Source: an uncultured Winogradskyella sp. (GTDB lineage: Bacteria; Bacteroidota; Bacteroidia; Flavobacteriales; Flavobacteriaceae). From it: a stretch of DNA of 64,000 nucleotides. The notes beneath the pieces are model-generated. The model ran no database searches. It saw only the letters and a program-made list of their open reading frames with translations, and was not told the DNA's origin. Both the position numbers and the translations under genes were made by a program. The stretch spans positions 144,777 to 208,776 of the forward strand of contig NZ_CANMXL010000004.1 of NCBI RefSeq assembly GCF_947501905.1, in the 5' to 3' direction. Positions 39,494-48,454 of the stretch are shown here, piece after piece. Numbering within the stretch: the first letter of the stretch is position 1; each line of letters begins with the position of its first letter.

Positions 39494-40324
39494 ATGCTCA
39501 AACTTCCTGTTTCAAAAATTATAGAAAACATTAATTCTGAAACCTGTTTTTATGCCGTGTCAGATGATTATTCTTTCACTATAAAAATTGACGAATATGT
39601 CCCATATGCTTGCGGTGCAGTACATGATGGGCATCAATTCAGAAAAGAGCTTTGGGATAATTGTTTGCATACAGAATATGATCGTTGGTATGAAGAAGAC
39701 CCTGAAACTAAGAATATGATTGTATCTCATCCTATAGTTATTGCTGGATGCGATTCGCGTTTTGAATACGATTTAAATAGAGCACCAGACGAAGCTGTTT
39801 TTGTTACTGCTTGGGGAAAACAACTATGGAAAACGCCATTGCCAGAAGCGCAAAAAGAGAGAAGTCAAGAAAAGCATGCAAATTTTTACAGAGTAGTAGA
39901 GGCTTTGATATCTAAATTAGAAGACAAGTTTGGCGTATGTATTGTCTATGATATGCACAGTTATAATTGGCAACGTTGGGATAGAGAAGTACCAACTTGG
40001 AATTTAGGAACTTCAAATGTTGATAATAAGCGCTTTGGAGGTTCTATAGAATCATGGCGCGCTATTTTAGAATCTATTGATTTGCCTAAAGACATTAAGC
40101 AAACCGCAAAGATTAATGATACTTTTCAAGGTAATGGGTATTTCTTAAAATTTATTACCAATAACTTTAAAAATACCTTAGTTTTGGCAACTGAAATTGC
40201 TAAAGTGTATTGCGATGAGTATAATCAGGTTATTTACCCTGAAGTAGTTGCCGCAGTAGAAAATCAGCTTAGAGATTTACTACCAAAACATGCAGCAGAT
40301 TTTTACAAAACGTTTTCTAGTTAA
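39494..40324 (+). CDS. N-formylglutamate amidohydrolase (FGase)-family hydrolase
   Basis: The AVHDGH, SRFEYDLNR and DMHSY motifs match the FGase-family pattern (H.G., SR...D.NR, .HS.). Confidence 0.65.
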   Translation: MLKLPVSKIIENINSETCFYAVSDDYSFTIKIDEYVPYACGAVHDGHQFRKELWDNCLHTEYDRWYEEDPETKNMIVSHPIVIAGCDSRFEYDLNRAPDEAVFVTAWGKQLWKTPLPEAQKERSQEKHANFYRVVEALISKLEDKFGVCIVYDMHSYNWQRWDREVPTWNLGTSNVDNKRFGGSIESWRAILESIDLPKDIKQTAKINDTFQGNGYFLKFITNNFKNTLVLATEIAKVYCDEYNQVIYPEVVAAVENQLRDLLPKHAADFYKTFSS

Positions 40325-41481
40325 TGCCAAGTATAAAGACTACACAAGAGTTTCAAGAGGTTTTTGATATCGATTCTAATCTTAACAGGTTAGTAAAAAA
40401 CATTGAACTTCTTAACTATATAAATCCATTAAATATTTCTGCAGAAAAAAAGAAATTCTTTTCAGCTAAGTATAATTACGAACCAGAATTTAAGTATCCA
40501 AAGATTAAATTTAATGGTTATAAACTCCATCGTTTGTTTTTTTCTCAGCGTCTGGAGCGCATAGAAGATGACGATATTCGTCAATTATATGAAGATATTA
40601 TTTATGAATATTCTGGACTTATAGAATGTATAGAAACAATTGGAAAAGGGAAAAAATTCTACTATAACAGCTTAAAAAGTTTTGGAACTCCTACAGAACG
40701 TGATATTGAGAATGCAAAATTTATTTTGCGTTTTGATGATGTAGATGAAGAAGATTTAGAACCAATACATGATGTGTTATATGCTAAGGACTATTTTGAA
40801 AACTATTCAAAACGTTATGGTTTTAAGTATAACCTAAAGATTAGCAATAATATTTCTGCAGCTGCTATGGTACTTAATAATACACAGACCCTAGTATTGC
40901 GTAAAAATCATAAATACAGCAATAATCAATTAAAAGTACTAGCAAATCACGAAATTGGTGTGCACTTGGTAACAACTTTTAACGGTTTGTCTCAACCACT
41001 TAAGGTGTTTTCTAATGGATTTCCAAATAATGTCGAAACACAAGAAGGTTTAGCTGTTTACTCAGAATATATGAGTGGTTCCTTAACCATGTATCGATTA
41101 CGAGAATTAGCATTTAGAGTTATCGCAGTTGACAGTTTGAGTAAAGGTTATAGCTTTTCAGATACCTTTAATTTATTAAACGGGCAATATAAACTTGAAC
41201 GTCATAAAGCATTTAGTATCACACAACGTGTGCATCGTGGTGGTGGTTTTACAAAAGATTTTTTGTATTTAACTGGTTTAAGAAATGTCTATCAATATGC
41301 GAAACAGAATAAAGATTTAGGAAAACTGTTAATGGGTAAAGTCTGTAAGTCATATTTGCCAACTATTGATAAACTTACTGATTTAGGACTAGCAATACCT
41401 CCAAAGTATTATACAGATGCTTACGAGAATAATAGCAATACCAATTCTAAATTGGATTTTATTTTAGATGGTTTAAAGTAA
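40324..41481 (+). CDS. DUF1704 / QEGLA-motif putative metallocarboxypeptidase ('flavohemoglobin expression-modulating QEGLA motif protein' family)
   Basis: It has the HEIGVH (HExxxH) motif at 40948-40965 and an exact QEGLA motif at 41041-41055. The start overlaps the upstream stop (TAATG). Confidence 0.75.
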   Translation: MPSIKTTQEFQEVFDIDSNLNRLVKNIELLNYINPLNISAEKKKFFSAKYNYEPEFKYPKIKFNGYKLHRLFFSQRLERIEDDDIRQLYEDIIYEYSGLIECIETIGKGKKFYYNSLKSFGTPTERDIENAKFILRFDDVDEEDLEPIHDVLYAKDYFENYSKRYGFKYNLKISNNISAAAMVLNNTQTLVLRKNHKYSNNQLKVLANHEIGVHLVTTFNGLSQPLKVFSNGFPNNVETQEGLAVYSEYMSGSLTMYRLRELAFRVIAVDSLSKGYSFSDTFNLLNGQYKLERHKAFSITQRVHRGGGFTKDFLYLTGLRNVYQYAKQNKDLGKLLMGKVCKSYLPTIDKLTDLGLAIPPKYYTDAYENNSNTNSKLDFILDGLK

Positions 41482-41482
41482 A

Positions 41483-41621
41483 AGCCTCAAAGCTAGATTT
41501 TTCAGTCTATCATCTTCAAAATGAAACTTATAATAGGGTAGACTTGCCATATTTTAAGAACCTGATTCGTTCCCAACTAACAGAAGCTAGGCTCAAGTTA
41601 ACATAATCTAGCTTTGAGGCT
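41483..41621. repeat. perfect 16-bp inverted repeat with 107-nt spacer
   Basis: AGCCTCAAAGCTAGAT (41483-41498) and ATCTAGCTTTGAGGCT (41606-41621) are exact reverse complements. The left arm begins 2 nt after the DUF1704 stop. Confidence 0.8.
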
Positions 41622-41745
41622 CAATTAACCAACCATCAACTTTAAACTCATTATTAAAAGTAGCTACAATGCTACATATCTAAAAACGACTATGAGTAAA
41701 CAGTCCATTTTTTAAAGTGAAATAGTATTTTGAATGAGTAAAGGC

Positions 41746-42168
41746 TTAATCTAAGAATTTTGCCTTCAATTCTGGTGTTGGAATCATACAAGCATCTCTT
41801 TTTCCATACCATTTGTATCTGTTTTTGGCAATAAAATCGTAAAACCAATTTCTTATAAAAGCAGGAATAATAAAGAATACTGCCATTATGTTTGTTGGGA
41901 AGTTGAGAGACTTACCCACATGCAATGCAGCTGCAGATTTGCTATAAATTTTATATGTTTCAGGATTAAAAAGTAAGATAGAATCTATCTCTGTAGTATC
42001 TATATTAAACTCATTAATTATAGTTTCTCCTATTTTACTTTGCAATGGCGCAAATAGAAATTTATTTTTCTTATCTCGCTTTATAACATACAAGACACTA
42101 CTATTACAAAGGTTGCATACACCATCGAAAAGTATTAATCGCTTGTCTTTTGGAATGTTATTAATCAT
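41746..42168 (-). CDS. DCC-family thiol-disulfide oxidoreductase (DUF393)
   Basis: It has the FDGVCNLCN motif near the N-terminus. Confidence 0.8.
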   Translation of the reverse strand: MINNIPKDKRLILFDGVCNLCNSSVLYVIKRDKKNKFLFAPLQSKIGETIINEFNIDTTEIDSILLFNPETYKIYSKSAAALHVGKSLNFPTNIMAVFFIIPAFIRNWFYDFIAKNRYKWYGKRDACMIPTPELKAKFLD

Positions 42169-44333
42169 TTTTTTACTTCTACTAATTCTAATAAATCCAC
42201 ACTGACATTAGTCGTAAATAAACCGTAATTCACTGTAGCTTTTCCTTTTTCAATATCATCTATACTACCAATAGCACGTCCGTCATGCATGCGCACACGA
42301 TCTCCAATTTTAAGTATTGGTTTTGGAGGCGCAGGTTTTTCTAGTTGCTTTTTCTTAGCCGCTTTTTTCTTTTTTCTAATAACTTCTACTTTCTTTTCGG
42401 CTTCCTTTTTGATTTGAGCTTCTTTAGCTTTTTCTGCTTTTTTCTGCTTTGCTGAAACTTTTTTACGCTTAGAGTTTTCAATCTGTACCAATCTGAATAA
42501 CTCTGCCATTAACTCACGTTTCTTGTTATTATTTTGAAATTTTTCAGCCAAGTCATTTACTTTTTGGCCCAAATATATCAGACGTTGATTACTGTCATAT
42601 AACTCTTGATAGCTTTCTAGCTTTTTTTGCACTTTCTGGTTAATACCTTCAAGTTTTTCTGCCTCAGTAAGTTTTTTCTTTTCATTTTCTTTTAAAGAAC
42701 GCTCTGTTCGCTCTAGTTTACTACGTTGCTTCTGAAGTTTAGCAATTGTAGCATCAAAACGTACTTTACCACGTTCTATCTTTTTCTTTGCTTTGTTGAT
42801 TAGGCTATACGGAATACCATTTTTCTGTGCAACCTCAAAAGTAAAAGAACTTCCGGCTTGTCCAATAACCAATTTATAAATTGGTTCAAGTGTACGTTCA
42901 TTAAACAACATATTTGCGTTACGCATATACGGTAACTCGTTTGCTAATAATTTTAAATTCGAATAATGAGTCGTAATTATCCCAAAAGCCTTTCTGTCAT
43001 AGAAGACTTCTAAAAAACTCTCTGCTAATGCACCACCTAATTCGGGATCAGAACCTGTACCAAACTCATCAATTAAGAATAGCGTATTCTTATTACACTT
43101 TCTTAAAAAATAGTTCATTTGTTTTAGACGATAACTATATGTACTTAAATGATTCTCTATAGATTGATTATCACCTATATCGCTTAAAACTCGGTCAAAC
43201 AAACACACTTGACTACGTTCGTGAACTGGAATAAGCATACCACTTTGTAGCATCACTTGCAATATGCCTACAGTTTTTAAAGTGATACTTTTTCCTCCGG
43301 CATTTGGACCAGAAATGACAATGATTCTACTATCATCTGCTAAGCTTATCGTCTGCGGAAATGTTTCCTCGCCATTTTCAGTATTAGTTAAATAGAGTAG
43401 AGGATGATAAGCATCACGAAGATACATGCTGCGCTTTTCAGAAATTTCTGGAAGAATGGCATTCATGCTTCTTGCGTATTTTGCCTTAGCGGATATAACA
43501 TCAATCTTAATTAAAAACTCCTGATATTGGCTTAATAGAGGTAGAAATAGACGTATATAATCGGTTAGTTCCTTTAGAATTTTAATAACCTCTTCTTTCT
43601 CTTCGTATTCAAGATTGTTAAGCTCTCTAGAATAGTTTAAAGTCGTTTCTGGCTCTATGTAGACAATACTCCCAGTTTTGCTACCTCCCATAATGGCGCC
43701 TTTGACTTTGCGTCTGTACATAGATTTAACTGCTAAAACACGTTTATTCTCAATTACAGATTCACGTATATCGTCTAAATATTCAAGATTATGATATTTG
43801 TTTAATGCCGATGAAAAACTCGTATTAATTTTTGATCTAAGACCACCAATGGACTTACGCAAAATAGCTAAAGCAGGAGATGCATTATCTTTTATATCTC
43901 CAAAACGGTCAACTACTGCATCTATTTGTTCAATAATAGATGTGTTGTGCTCTATCGGATTAGAAAGCTTATAAAGATTAGGATAGTATTCTTTAAATTT
44001 CGTAAAGAACTTTAAAATTGTATTAACCGTTAAAGAAGTACTAACTATCTTCTGTAAACTTTGCGCCTCTAAATAGGTGTTTTCAATATTTAAAAGCTTT
44101 ATTTCTTTCGTTAAAGCTTCGAAGCCATGATTTGGGATACGATTGTCGTTATCAAAAGAAGATACATACTCATTTGTATATGCTAGTTCTTTTTTTAGGA
44201 TTTCGGTATCAGAAAATGGGATAACTGATAGTGCTGATTCTTTCCCCAAATTAGTGATACAGTGCTCACTTAATTGAGATTGAACAGTACCAAACTCTAA
44301 GTCATCTAATGTTTTCTGATGTATATTAATCAT
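42165..44333 (-). CDS. mutS2: MutS2-family protein (MutS domain III/V ATPase) without a recognisable Smr domain
   Basis: It has the Walker A motif GPNAGGKS and DE.G.GSDP, followed by a long K/E-rich linker and a short KOW-like C-terminus (IGDRVRM..G..G.I). I prefer the ATG start at 44333 over the TTG at 44345. Confidence 0.8.
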   Translation of the reverse strand: MINIHQKTLDDLEFGTVQSQLSEHCITNLGKESALSVIPFSDTEILKKELAYTNEYVSSFDNDNRIPNHGFEALTKEIKLLNIENTYLEAQSLQKIVSTSLTVNTILKFFTKFKEYYPNLYKLSNPIEHNTSIIEQIDAVVDRFGDIKDNASPALAILRKSIGGLRSKINTSFSSALNKYHNLEYLDDIRESVIENKRVLAVKSMYRRKVKGAIMGGSKTGSIVYIEPETTLNYSRELNNLEYEEKEEVIKILKELTDYIRLFLPLLSQYQEFLIKIDVISAKAKYARSMNAILPEISEKRSMYLRDAYHPLLYLTNTENGEETFPQTISLADDSRIIVISGPNAGGKSITLKTVGILQVMLQSGMLIPVHERSQVCLFDRVLSDIGDNQSIENHLSTYSYRLKQMNYFLRKCNKNTLFLIDEFGTGSDPELGGALAESFLEVFYDRKAFGIITTHYSNLKLLANELPYMRNANMLFNERTLEPIYKLVIGQAGSSFTFEVAQKNGIPYSLINKAKKKIERGKVRFDATIAKLQKQRSKLERTERSLKENEKKKLTEAEKLEGINQKVQKKLESYQELYDSNQRLIYLGQKVNDLAEKFQNNNKKRELMAELFRLVQIENSKRKKVSAKQKKAEKAKEAQIKKEAEKKVEVIRKKKKAAKKKQLEKPAPPKPILKIGDRVRMHDGRAIGSIDDIEKGKATVNYGLFTTNVSVDLLELVEVKK

Positions 44334-44439
44334 ATTTACTTCCAATGAAATGGAAACTCTTATTTAATTCGAAGGCAAATTTAAGTGAATTCAATTATAG
44401 CACCTAATGCATTAAGAGGCTTTTATTATTTGTTAATTT

Positions 44440-44447
44440 TATATTTG
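44440..44447 (+). promoter_or_regulatory. candidate -7 box (TATATTTG) upstream of ung
   Basis: It matches TAnnTTTG but ends only 5 nt before the ATG, so it implies a leaderless or very short-leader mRNA, or it is a chance match. Confidence 0.2.
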
Positions 44448-44451
44448 TAAT

Positions 44452-45126
44452 ATGAACGTATCAATTGATTCCAGTTGGAAAATATATCTTTCCCCAGAAT
44501 TTGAGAAGCCTTATTTTTCTGAACTTGTAGACTTTGTGAAAAAAGAATATGCTACGAATACTTGCTACCCAAAAGGGTCAGAGATTTTTAATGCATTTAA
44601 TCATTGTAATTTTGATGATTTAAAAGTGGTTATCATTGGTCAAGATCCATATCATGGCCCAAATCAAGCCAATGGTTTATGTTTTTCTGTTAATGATGGT
44701 GTTGCTCATCCACCGTCTTTAATTAATATTTTTAAAGAACTAGAAGCAGATATTAATATGGTTTATCCAAAAAAAGGGAACTTGATAACTTGGGCAGACC
44801 AAGGCATACTGCTATTGAATGCAACTTTAACGGTAAGAGCTCACGAAGCTGGAAGTCACCAGAAAAAGGGGTGGGAAATATTTACAGATGCAGTTATTAG
44901 AATTATTAGTGAACAAAAAGAAAATGTAGTGTTTTTACTTTGGGGAGGATTTGCTAAAAATAAAGCGAAATTAATAAACCAAAAGAGACATCACATTTTA
45001 ACATCTGGACATCCTTCACCATTAAGTGCTAATCGAGGTTATTGGTTTGGTAATAAGCATTTTAGTAAAACAAATAGCATGCTTAAATCGCTAGATAAAC
45101 AGGAAATAGACTGGAGGGTTAATTAA
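44452..45126 (+). CDS. ung: uracil-DNA glycosylase
   Basis: It has the GQDPYH motif, LLLNA.LTV and a HPSPLS motif. Confidence 0.95.
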   Translation: MNVSIDSSWKIYLSPEFEKPYFSELVDFVKKEYATNTCYPKGSEIFNAFNHCNFDDLKVVIIGQDPYHGPNQANGLCFSVNDGVAHPPSLINIFKELEADINMVYPKKGNLITWADQGILLLNATLTVRAHEAGSHQKKGWEIFTDAVIRIISEQKENVVFLLWGGFAKNKAKLINQKRHHILTSGHPSPLSANRGYWFGNKHFSKTNSMLKSLDKQEIDWRVN

Positions 45127-45715
45127 CAGTAAAAACATACTTACCTTGTTCATCAGAATTAACAATTCTTGAAGTAATATTAACATATCCTCTTTCGTAA
45201 ACACCTAGATTGACGGTTGTTTCCCCATTCGAATTATTAAACAAAAATTGAGGCCCTGCCAAATAATAGACACCTGACTCTAATAACTGAATGTTAAACT
45301 TACTACGGAACGAGTTTCCATTATAGAAGCTAATCACTTCAATTAATTGATTGTTTAATCTCACTTCACCTTCAGTAGTGTTAATACTGTTTTCATTTAA
45401 TGGGATTTCTACAACAGATTCAAAAGCTGTTTCTTTATAAAGAACTAGCTGATGAAATGCTCTTGATTCATCAATTTCAGCATATGTAAAATCACTTAAA
45501 TTTATATCAACATCTTCTATCGTAGTCTGATTATCTTGTATAATAGTTTCAATAAATATAGAATCTCCAATATTAAATGAAGTTTGATTGCTATCTACAG
45601 AAATAAGATTATTATTCTCTACACGAAGCGTTTGGTTGGTAATATCTTCTTCAGGGCAACAAAGTGATGCGCAAAGAGAAAATCCAACCATGAGTGTAAA
45701 AGAAAAAGCTTTCAT
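45119..45715 (-). CDS. hypothetical lipoprotein
   Basis: It has a signal peptide with a Cys-rich lipobox region (GFSLCASLCC). I recognised no family. Confidence 0.45.
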   Translation of the reverse strand: MKAFSFTLMVGFSLCASLCCPEEDITNQTLRVENNNLISVDSNQTSFNIGDSIFIETIIQDNQTTIEDVDINLSDFTYAEIDESRAFHQLVLYKETAFESVVEIPLNENSINTTEGEVRLNNQLIEVISFYNGNSFRSKFNIQLLESGVYYLAGPQFLFNNSNGETTVNLGVYERGYVNITSRIVNSDEQGKYVFTVN

Positions 45716-45766
45716 TAATTTCGTTTTATGATAGATGATATAAAAACGAAATGGTTGCGTATCTTA

Positions 45767-46621
45767 TTAAACTTTATATGTTAAATCCTCGTATGTCCAT
45801 TTTTCTGGGATAATATTGAGATTAAACAATTCATCTTGAACTTTATTTAAGGTCTTTTTATCAATCAATTCTTGAGACCATTCAGTTAGGGATAACCATT
45901 CTTGAACGTCTTCTAGTTCTTGTTTATAACGGTTTGCAATAGTTCTATCTATACTTGGAATATTTTTAAATTCTGAAGTTGTACTGTTTATTATTTCTAA
46001 AATTGTTTTTACATCTTCTAAATTCTCTTTTAAAAATTCTTCTCTAACAGCTATAACAAAGCATGGCCATGGTGAAGGACAATTACCAATGCGCCTAAAT
46101 ATACCATCATCTACTAATGGCTTGGTGGTAAATTTTTCCCACATAAAATAGTCAGCATCACCGTTTGTTAAACCTTTTACTGCGCCATCTAAATTTTTAA
46201 TAACTGAAAAATCCAAATCTTCATCTAGATTCCAATTATTATTTTTCGCGTTAACATACGCCATTAAATGAGATCCCGACCCATAACGACTAATTGCCGC
46301 TCGTGTTCCTTTTATATCATCAATTGTATTGAATTTTGAATCTTCAGCAACATGAATACCCCAAATTAGAGGTGATTTCGTATAGGTTTGTATAATTTTT
46401 GAAGGATTACCAGCAATAATATCTTTAACGATACCTTCGGTGAGTATTACAGCTAAGTCAATATCACCTTCACGTAAGCCTTTGCACATTTGTCCGGTAC
46501 CACCATGGTAATCGTGCCATCTAAGATTGATATCTTCAGCTTTGTATTCACCATTTTTAAGGGTCAAATACCAGGCTAAATTAAAATGTTCAGGAACGCC
46601 TCCTATATTTATTTTCTTCAT
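45767..46621 (-). CDS. cytoplasmic periplasmic-binding-protein-fold (NMT1/THI5-like/SBP-like) protein
   Basis: It has no signal peptide. The N-terminal IGGVPEHFNL.W, alternating beta-alpha pattern and size are typical of type 2 PBP-fold proteins. Confidence 0.45.
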   Translation of the reverse strand: MKKINIGGVPEHFNLAWYLTLKNGEYKAEDINLRWHDYHGGTGQMCKGLREGDIDLAVILTEGIVKDIIAGNPSKIIQTYTKSPLIWGIHVAEDSKFNTIDDIKGTRAAISRYGSGSHLMAYVNAKNNNWNLDEDLDFSVIKNLDGAVKGLTNGDADYFMWEKFTTKPLVDDGIFRRIGNCPSPWPCFVIAVREEFLKENLEDVKTILEIINSTTSEFKNIPSIDRTIANRYKQELEDVQEWLSLTEWSQELIDKKTLNKVQDELFNLNIIPEKWTYEDLTYKV

Positions 46622-46645
46622 ATTTGCGTTTAGAAAAGCTTAAAT

Positions 46646-47518
46646 TTATATGTTTACGATACGCTCTAAAGCATACATAATCAGATGTTCTACTGTTTGT
46701 TTAGGGTTTTGGCTAAAAGTACCATTTGCTCTGTTGGCAATAATGGCATTTAATGACAACGCTTCATGTCCTAGAAGCTTAGACAAGCCATAAATAACCG
46801 AAGTTTCCATTTCGAAATTAGTGATTCTAAAATCTTTATAACTGAAATTATCTAGTTTGGAATTAAGATTTGCATCTTGTAATGGTAATCTTAACACTCG
46901 GCCTTGAGGTCCATAAAATCCTCCAGCAGTACCAGTCATACCCTTTAAAACGATATCACTTTCAAAGTATTTCTGTAAGTAAGCACTATTGTTTATAATA
47001 ATTGGTCTTGCTTTGTTTTTATCCCAACCAGTGTGCTCTATAAATTTATCTTCAATTTCAGGGTTATTAATACCATCAATTTGATAGAAGTGCAACATGC
47101 CATTAACATCTAGACCATGTGTACTTATTAAAAAAGAATCTACAGGGATGTCGGCTTGTAATGAACCAGATGTACCAATTCTTATAATGTTTAAGCTAGT
47201 TAAATTCTGTTTTGGCTTGCGAGTTTCCAAGTCGATATTAACTAATGCATCAAGTTCGTTGAGAACAATGTCTATGTTGTCTGGTCCTATACCAGTAGAT
47301 ATTACAGTTATCCTTCGGTCTTTATAATAACCGGTTTGTGTTTTAAATTCTCTTTTTTGAGTAGTAAATTCAATGCTTTCAAAATGGGTTGTTATTTTTT
47401 CTACACGATCTTGGTCTCCTACAAAAATTATGGTGTCAGAAATGTGTTCTGGTCTTAAATTCAAATGATAAACACTACCATCAGGATTTAGTATAAGTTC
47501 TGAGTCTTTAATTGACAT
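46646..47518 (-). CDS. nucleoside phosphorylase (PNP_UDP_1 family, uridine-phosphorylase-like)
   Basis: It is collinear with E. coli Udp: GD.DRVEKI, REF.T, STGIG, RIGTSG and EMES. Confidence 0.75.
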   Translation of the reverse strand: MSIKDSELILNPDGSVYHLNLRPEHISDTIIFVGDQDRVEKITTHFESIEFTTQKREFKTQTGYYKDRRITVISTGIGPDNIDIVLNELDALVNIDLETRKPKQNLTSLNIIRIGTSGSLQADIPVDSFLISTHGLDVNGMLHFYQIDGINNPEIEDKFIEHTGWDKNKARPIIINNSAYLQKYFESDIVLKGMTGTAGGFYGPQGRVLRLPLQDANLNSKLDNFSYKDFRITNFEMETSVIYGLSKLLGHEALSLNAIIANRANGTFSQNPKQTVEHLIMYALERIVNI

Positions 47519-48449
47519 GCGAGACAGTTTTTATGAGTTTATTTTCGGTAGTGCTGAATTGATAATCTAATCTTGAAATACCACCATATATGATATTATT
47601 ATTAATTTCTGTAGCTAGATTATGTTCTCCTAACAAGGCTTCATGTCCTTTTCTGGTGAGTATCAATTTTTTATCTGTAGCTTTAAAAAAGTCAGTTAAC
47701 TTATTTACCATTCTTTGAAATTGAATATCTCCAAAACCATAATAACCTTGGTAGTTAAGACAATATCCTAACAAATGGTGTTCCGATTTTATATCCTTTT
47801 CTTTGATAAGCTTAAGTATGTTCTCTTCTATAGCACAAAGACCCGTTTTTTGATTTGGAAATCGCTCTAAATGTGCTTTTAAGCAATTGGTCAAATACTT
47901 AAAATTTGAATTTTTAGTAATGTATGGTTTAAATATATTATGGTCTTTTCCACAGTAAGTACGCCATAAAGTAATTGCTAAATCTATATCGTCTTGAGTT
48001 AGCAAAACGCGATTTTGATAATGCTCCTCTAGTTCTTCTGAGCTTAACTCTGGTAATCCTTTTAAATCTTTTTCGCCTTCAACACGACCACTGCAAATAA
48101 GGTATAGTGGTTTGTTGATTTCCTTTTGATGCAATAAGCTGATAACCGCAATTAGATTAATATGACAGAATAAATCGTACTCAAACCAGAGGTTAATTTC
48201 TTTATATGCTTCAACATTATCAAGAATCGCTATTGATTCACTCAAATTATAATCTATAGGATTAACATCATAATATTCAGCTAAGAATGACTTTCTGGTA
48301 TTATAAAACGCTTCTGAATCAATTAATGGTACAGTAGGACCTTCGCTAAGCATTTCTCGCCAAGTCAATATATCCTCTTTAAAATCTAATTCTCTTAGGT
48401 AGTTGGTCAAGCTATCACCGTTTGTAATATGCAAAGCTGTTTTAGTCAT
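47508..48449 (-). CDS. DUF1835-domain protein
   Basis: The N-terminus ALHITNGDS is recalled as DUF1835-like. Function is unknown. Confidence 0.45.
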   Translation of the reverse strand: MTKTALHITNGDSLTNYLRELDFKEDILTWREMLSEGPTVPLIDSEAFYNTRKSFLAEYYDVNPIDYNLSESIAILDNVEAYKEINLWFEYDLFCHINLIAVISLLHQKEINKPLYLICSGRVEGEKDLKGLPELSSEELEEHYQNRVLLTQDDIDLAITLWRTYCGKDHNIFKPYITKNSNFKYLTNCLKAHLERFPNQKTGLCAIEENILKLIKEKDIKSEHHLLGYCLNYQGYYGFGDIQFQRMVNKLTDFFKATDKKLILTRKGHEALLGEHNLATEINNNIIYGGISRLDYQFSTTENKLIKTVSHVN

Positions 48450-48454
48450 AATTA

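Noticed and set aside
42290-42720. An apparent DNA repeat of AAAAAG/CTTTTT-rich tracts.
   Set aside because: It corresponds to the Lys/Glu-rich linker of MutS2 (KKKKAAKKK, EKAKEAQIKKEAEKK). This is coding low complexity, not a repeat element.
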